NCBI GenBank assembly: GCA_001563915.1
Contig: LKMP01000012.1
Span: forward strand, 1 to 26,941
Reading direction: 5' to 3'
Length of the DNA: 26,941 nt
From: Nanohaloarchaea archaeon B1-Br10_U2g21
GTDB lineage: Archaea > Nanohalarchaeota > Nanosalinia > Nanosalinales > Nanosalinaceae
A model generated the notes under the pieces. That model was not told the origin of the DNA and searched no databases. It saw nothing but the letters and a program-made list of their open reading frames with translations. Positions 25,939 to 26,941 of the stretch are shown one piece after another (position 1 is the first letter of the stretch; each line of letters begins with the position of its first letter). Made by a program: the position numbers and the translations under genes.

Positions 25939-26941
25939 TTTTCTCGTGCCATTTTGTGTGCTTCTCTGTAGTTCTCTCCTAGCTTATCCCACGACGTGAG
26001 CTGTGCTAATTTACGCGCATTATGCTTTCTCTCTGTTATCTCTGTCTTATTATATGATGCGAACTCTTCTATAATATTTGCGAGGGCTTCTACCTCTTCC
26101 TCATGCGACTTATTCTCTCTTTCAAGAACCTGAATACCTTTTCTTTCTGATTCTTTTACTTCATCCAAAAGAAATCTGCCGAAACCTGCTAAGTCAGTAG
26201 TGACTGCGAGAGCACCATTTGCTGCTGTCTCAACCGGAGTATACCCCCAAGGTTCATAGTAACTCGGAAAAATTCCTGCGCTTGAAGCAACTACAGCATC
26301 TTCATAATTCATTGACAGAAGCTTATCGCCTACAGAAAGATAAGTTGGATAAAATATTACTTTAACCCTAGAGTCTTTGGAATTATCAAGGCCCGCCTCA
26401 TAAAGAGATTGTATAATATCATCATGTTCATAGTTTAGTTCGAAAGCAGAAACAGGAGGTTTGCCGTTTTTACCATGAAAATTAGATTGTAAAAATTCAA
26501 GCTCTTTTGAAACATCCAACACTTTTCCCATTTCTTCCAAAGGATCTTTTCCTGACGTAACAGCATCTATAAATCTTCTTCTTACTTCAGGCATTCGTTC
26601 GTCAATATAATGTACAAGTTCACCGTAAAGCGATTTATTCTCCAGAACTTCAGGCTCAGGACCTCCTACATCCGAAGGAACAAAGAAAAAGACGTATATA
26701 TCGTCACCAGATCTACTGTTAATTCTGTCTAAAGCATCAATGAGTATATCATAGCCTTTGTTATGAAATTCATACCTTCCTGATGTGAAAAATATTCTAG
26801 GATCATTATCGAGGTCTATAGAATAGTAAGGCTTGAAATAAGATCTTAGAAATTCTTTGATTTCTCCCTTTTTTCTAGTATGGTTATAGGATAGTTCTTC
26901 TAGGCTCGGATAATCCTTAACATTAAATCCGTTCGGCAAAA
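25935..26941 (-). CDS. Glycogen synthase, GT3 family (5' part lies beyond the window edge)
   Basis: PNG, FTSGRYEFHNKGYD, RVKVIFYPTYL, FPSYYEPWGYTPVE, TTDLAGFG. The frame is open to the window end. Confidence 0.9.
   Translation of the reverse strand, partial: LPNGFNVKDYPSLEELSYNHTRKKGEIKEFLRSYFKPYYSIDLDNDPRIFFTSGRYEFHNKGYDILIDALDRINSRSGDDIYVFFFVPSDVGGPEPEVLENKSLYGELVHYIDERMPEVRRRFIDAVTSGKDPLEEMGKVLDVSKELEFLQSNFHGKNGKPPVSAFELNYEHDDIIQSLYEAGLDNSKDSRVKVIFYPTYLSVGDKLLSMNYEDAVVASSAGIFPSYYEPWGYTPVETAANGALAVTTDLAGFGRFLLDEVKESERKGIQVLERENKSHEEEVEALANIIEEFASYNKTEITERKHNARKLAQLTSWDKLGENYREAHKMAREK

Noticed and set aside
1-26941. tRNA, rRNA, IS elements, integrases, and the remaining short ORFs in the track
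   Set aside because: No cloverleaf, rRNA-like, transposase or terminal-repeat signatures were seen by eye. The other short ORFs overlap well-supported genes and lack recognisable motifs.

Overview
A gene-dense, roughly 40% GC archaeal window with very short intergenic spaces, few Shine-Dalgarno sites and very acidic secreted proteins. Gene content and style fit a halophilic DPANN archaeon, most likely Nanohaloarchaeota (inference). From left to right it holds: a DoxX protein, a Cys-motif double-wHTH regulator and a SufS-type cysteine desulfurase; a D-2-hydroxyacid dehydrogenase; a four-gene minus-strand surface-protein cluster (3535-7889); Hel308 helicase with a 515-aa LAGLIDADG intein; class I FBPase and DhnA-type aldolase; two tandem class III signal-peptide LamG proteins; a thioredoxin-like protein, a DUF2268-like protein and NMN adenylyltransferase; archaeal GAPDH; and a glycogen cluster (GT4s, GH57, PGI, GT3 glycogen synthase cut by the window edge). 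The best candidate for an undescribed system is 3535-7889. Manual ungapped alignments show one protein with a putative donor strand plus acceptor domain, one with the donor strand only, and two membrane-anchored proteins with the acceptor domain only. This is the parts list of a donor-strand-exchange filament (shaft, tip, two alternative bases). The shaft gene also has a perfect Shine-Dalgarno site, a structured leader and downstream hairpins. No tRNA, rRNA, CRISPR array or transposase was seen. All family assignments come from reading motifs by eye, not from database searches.
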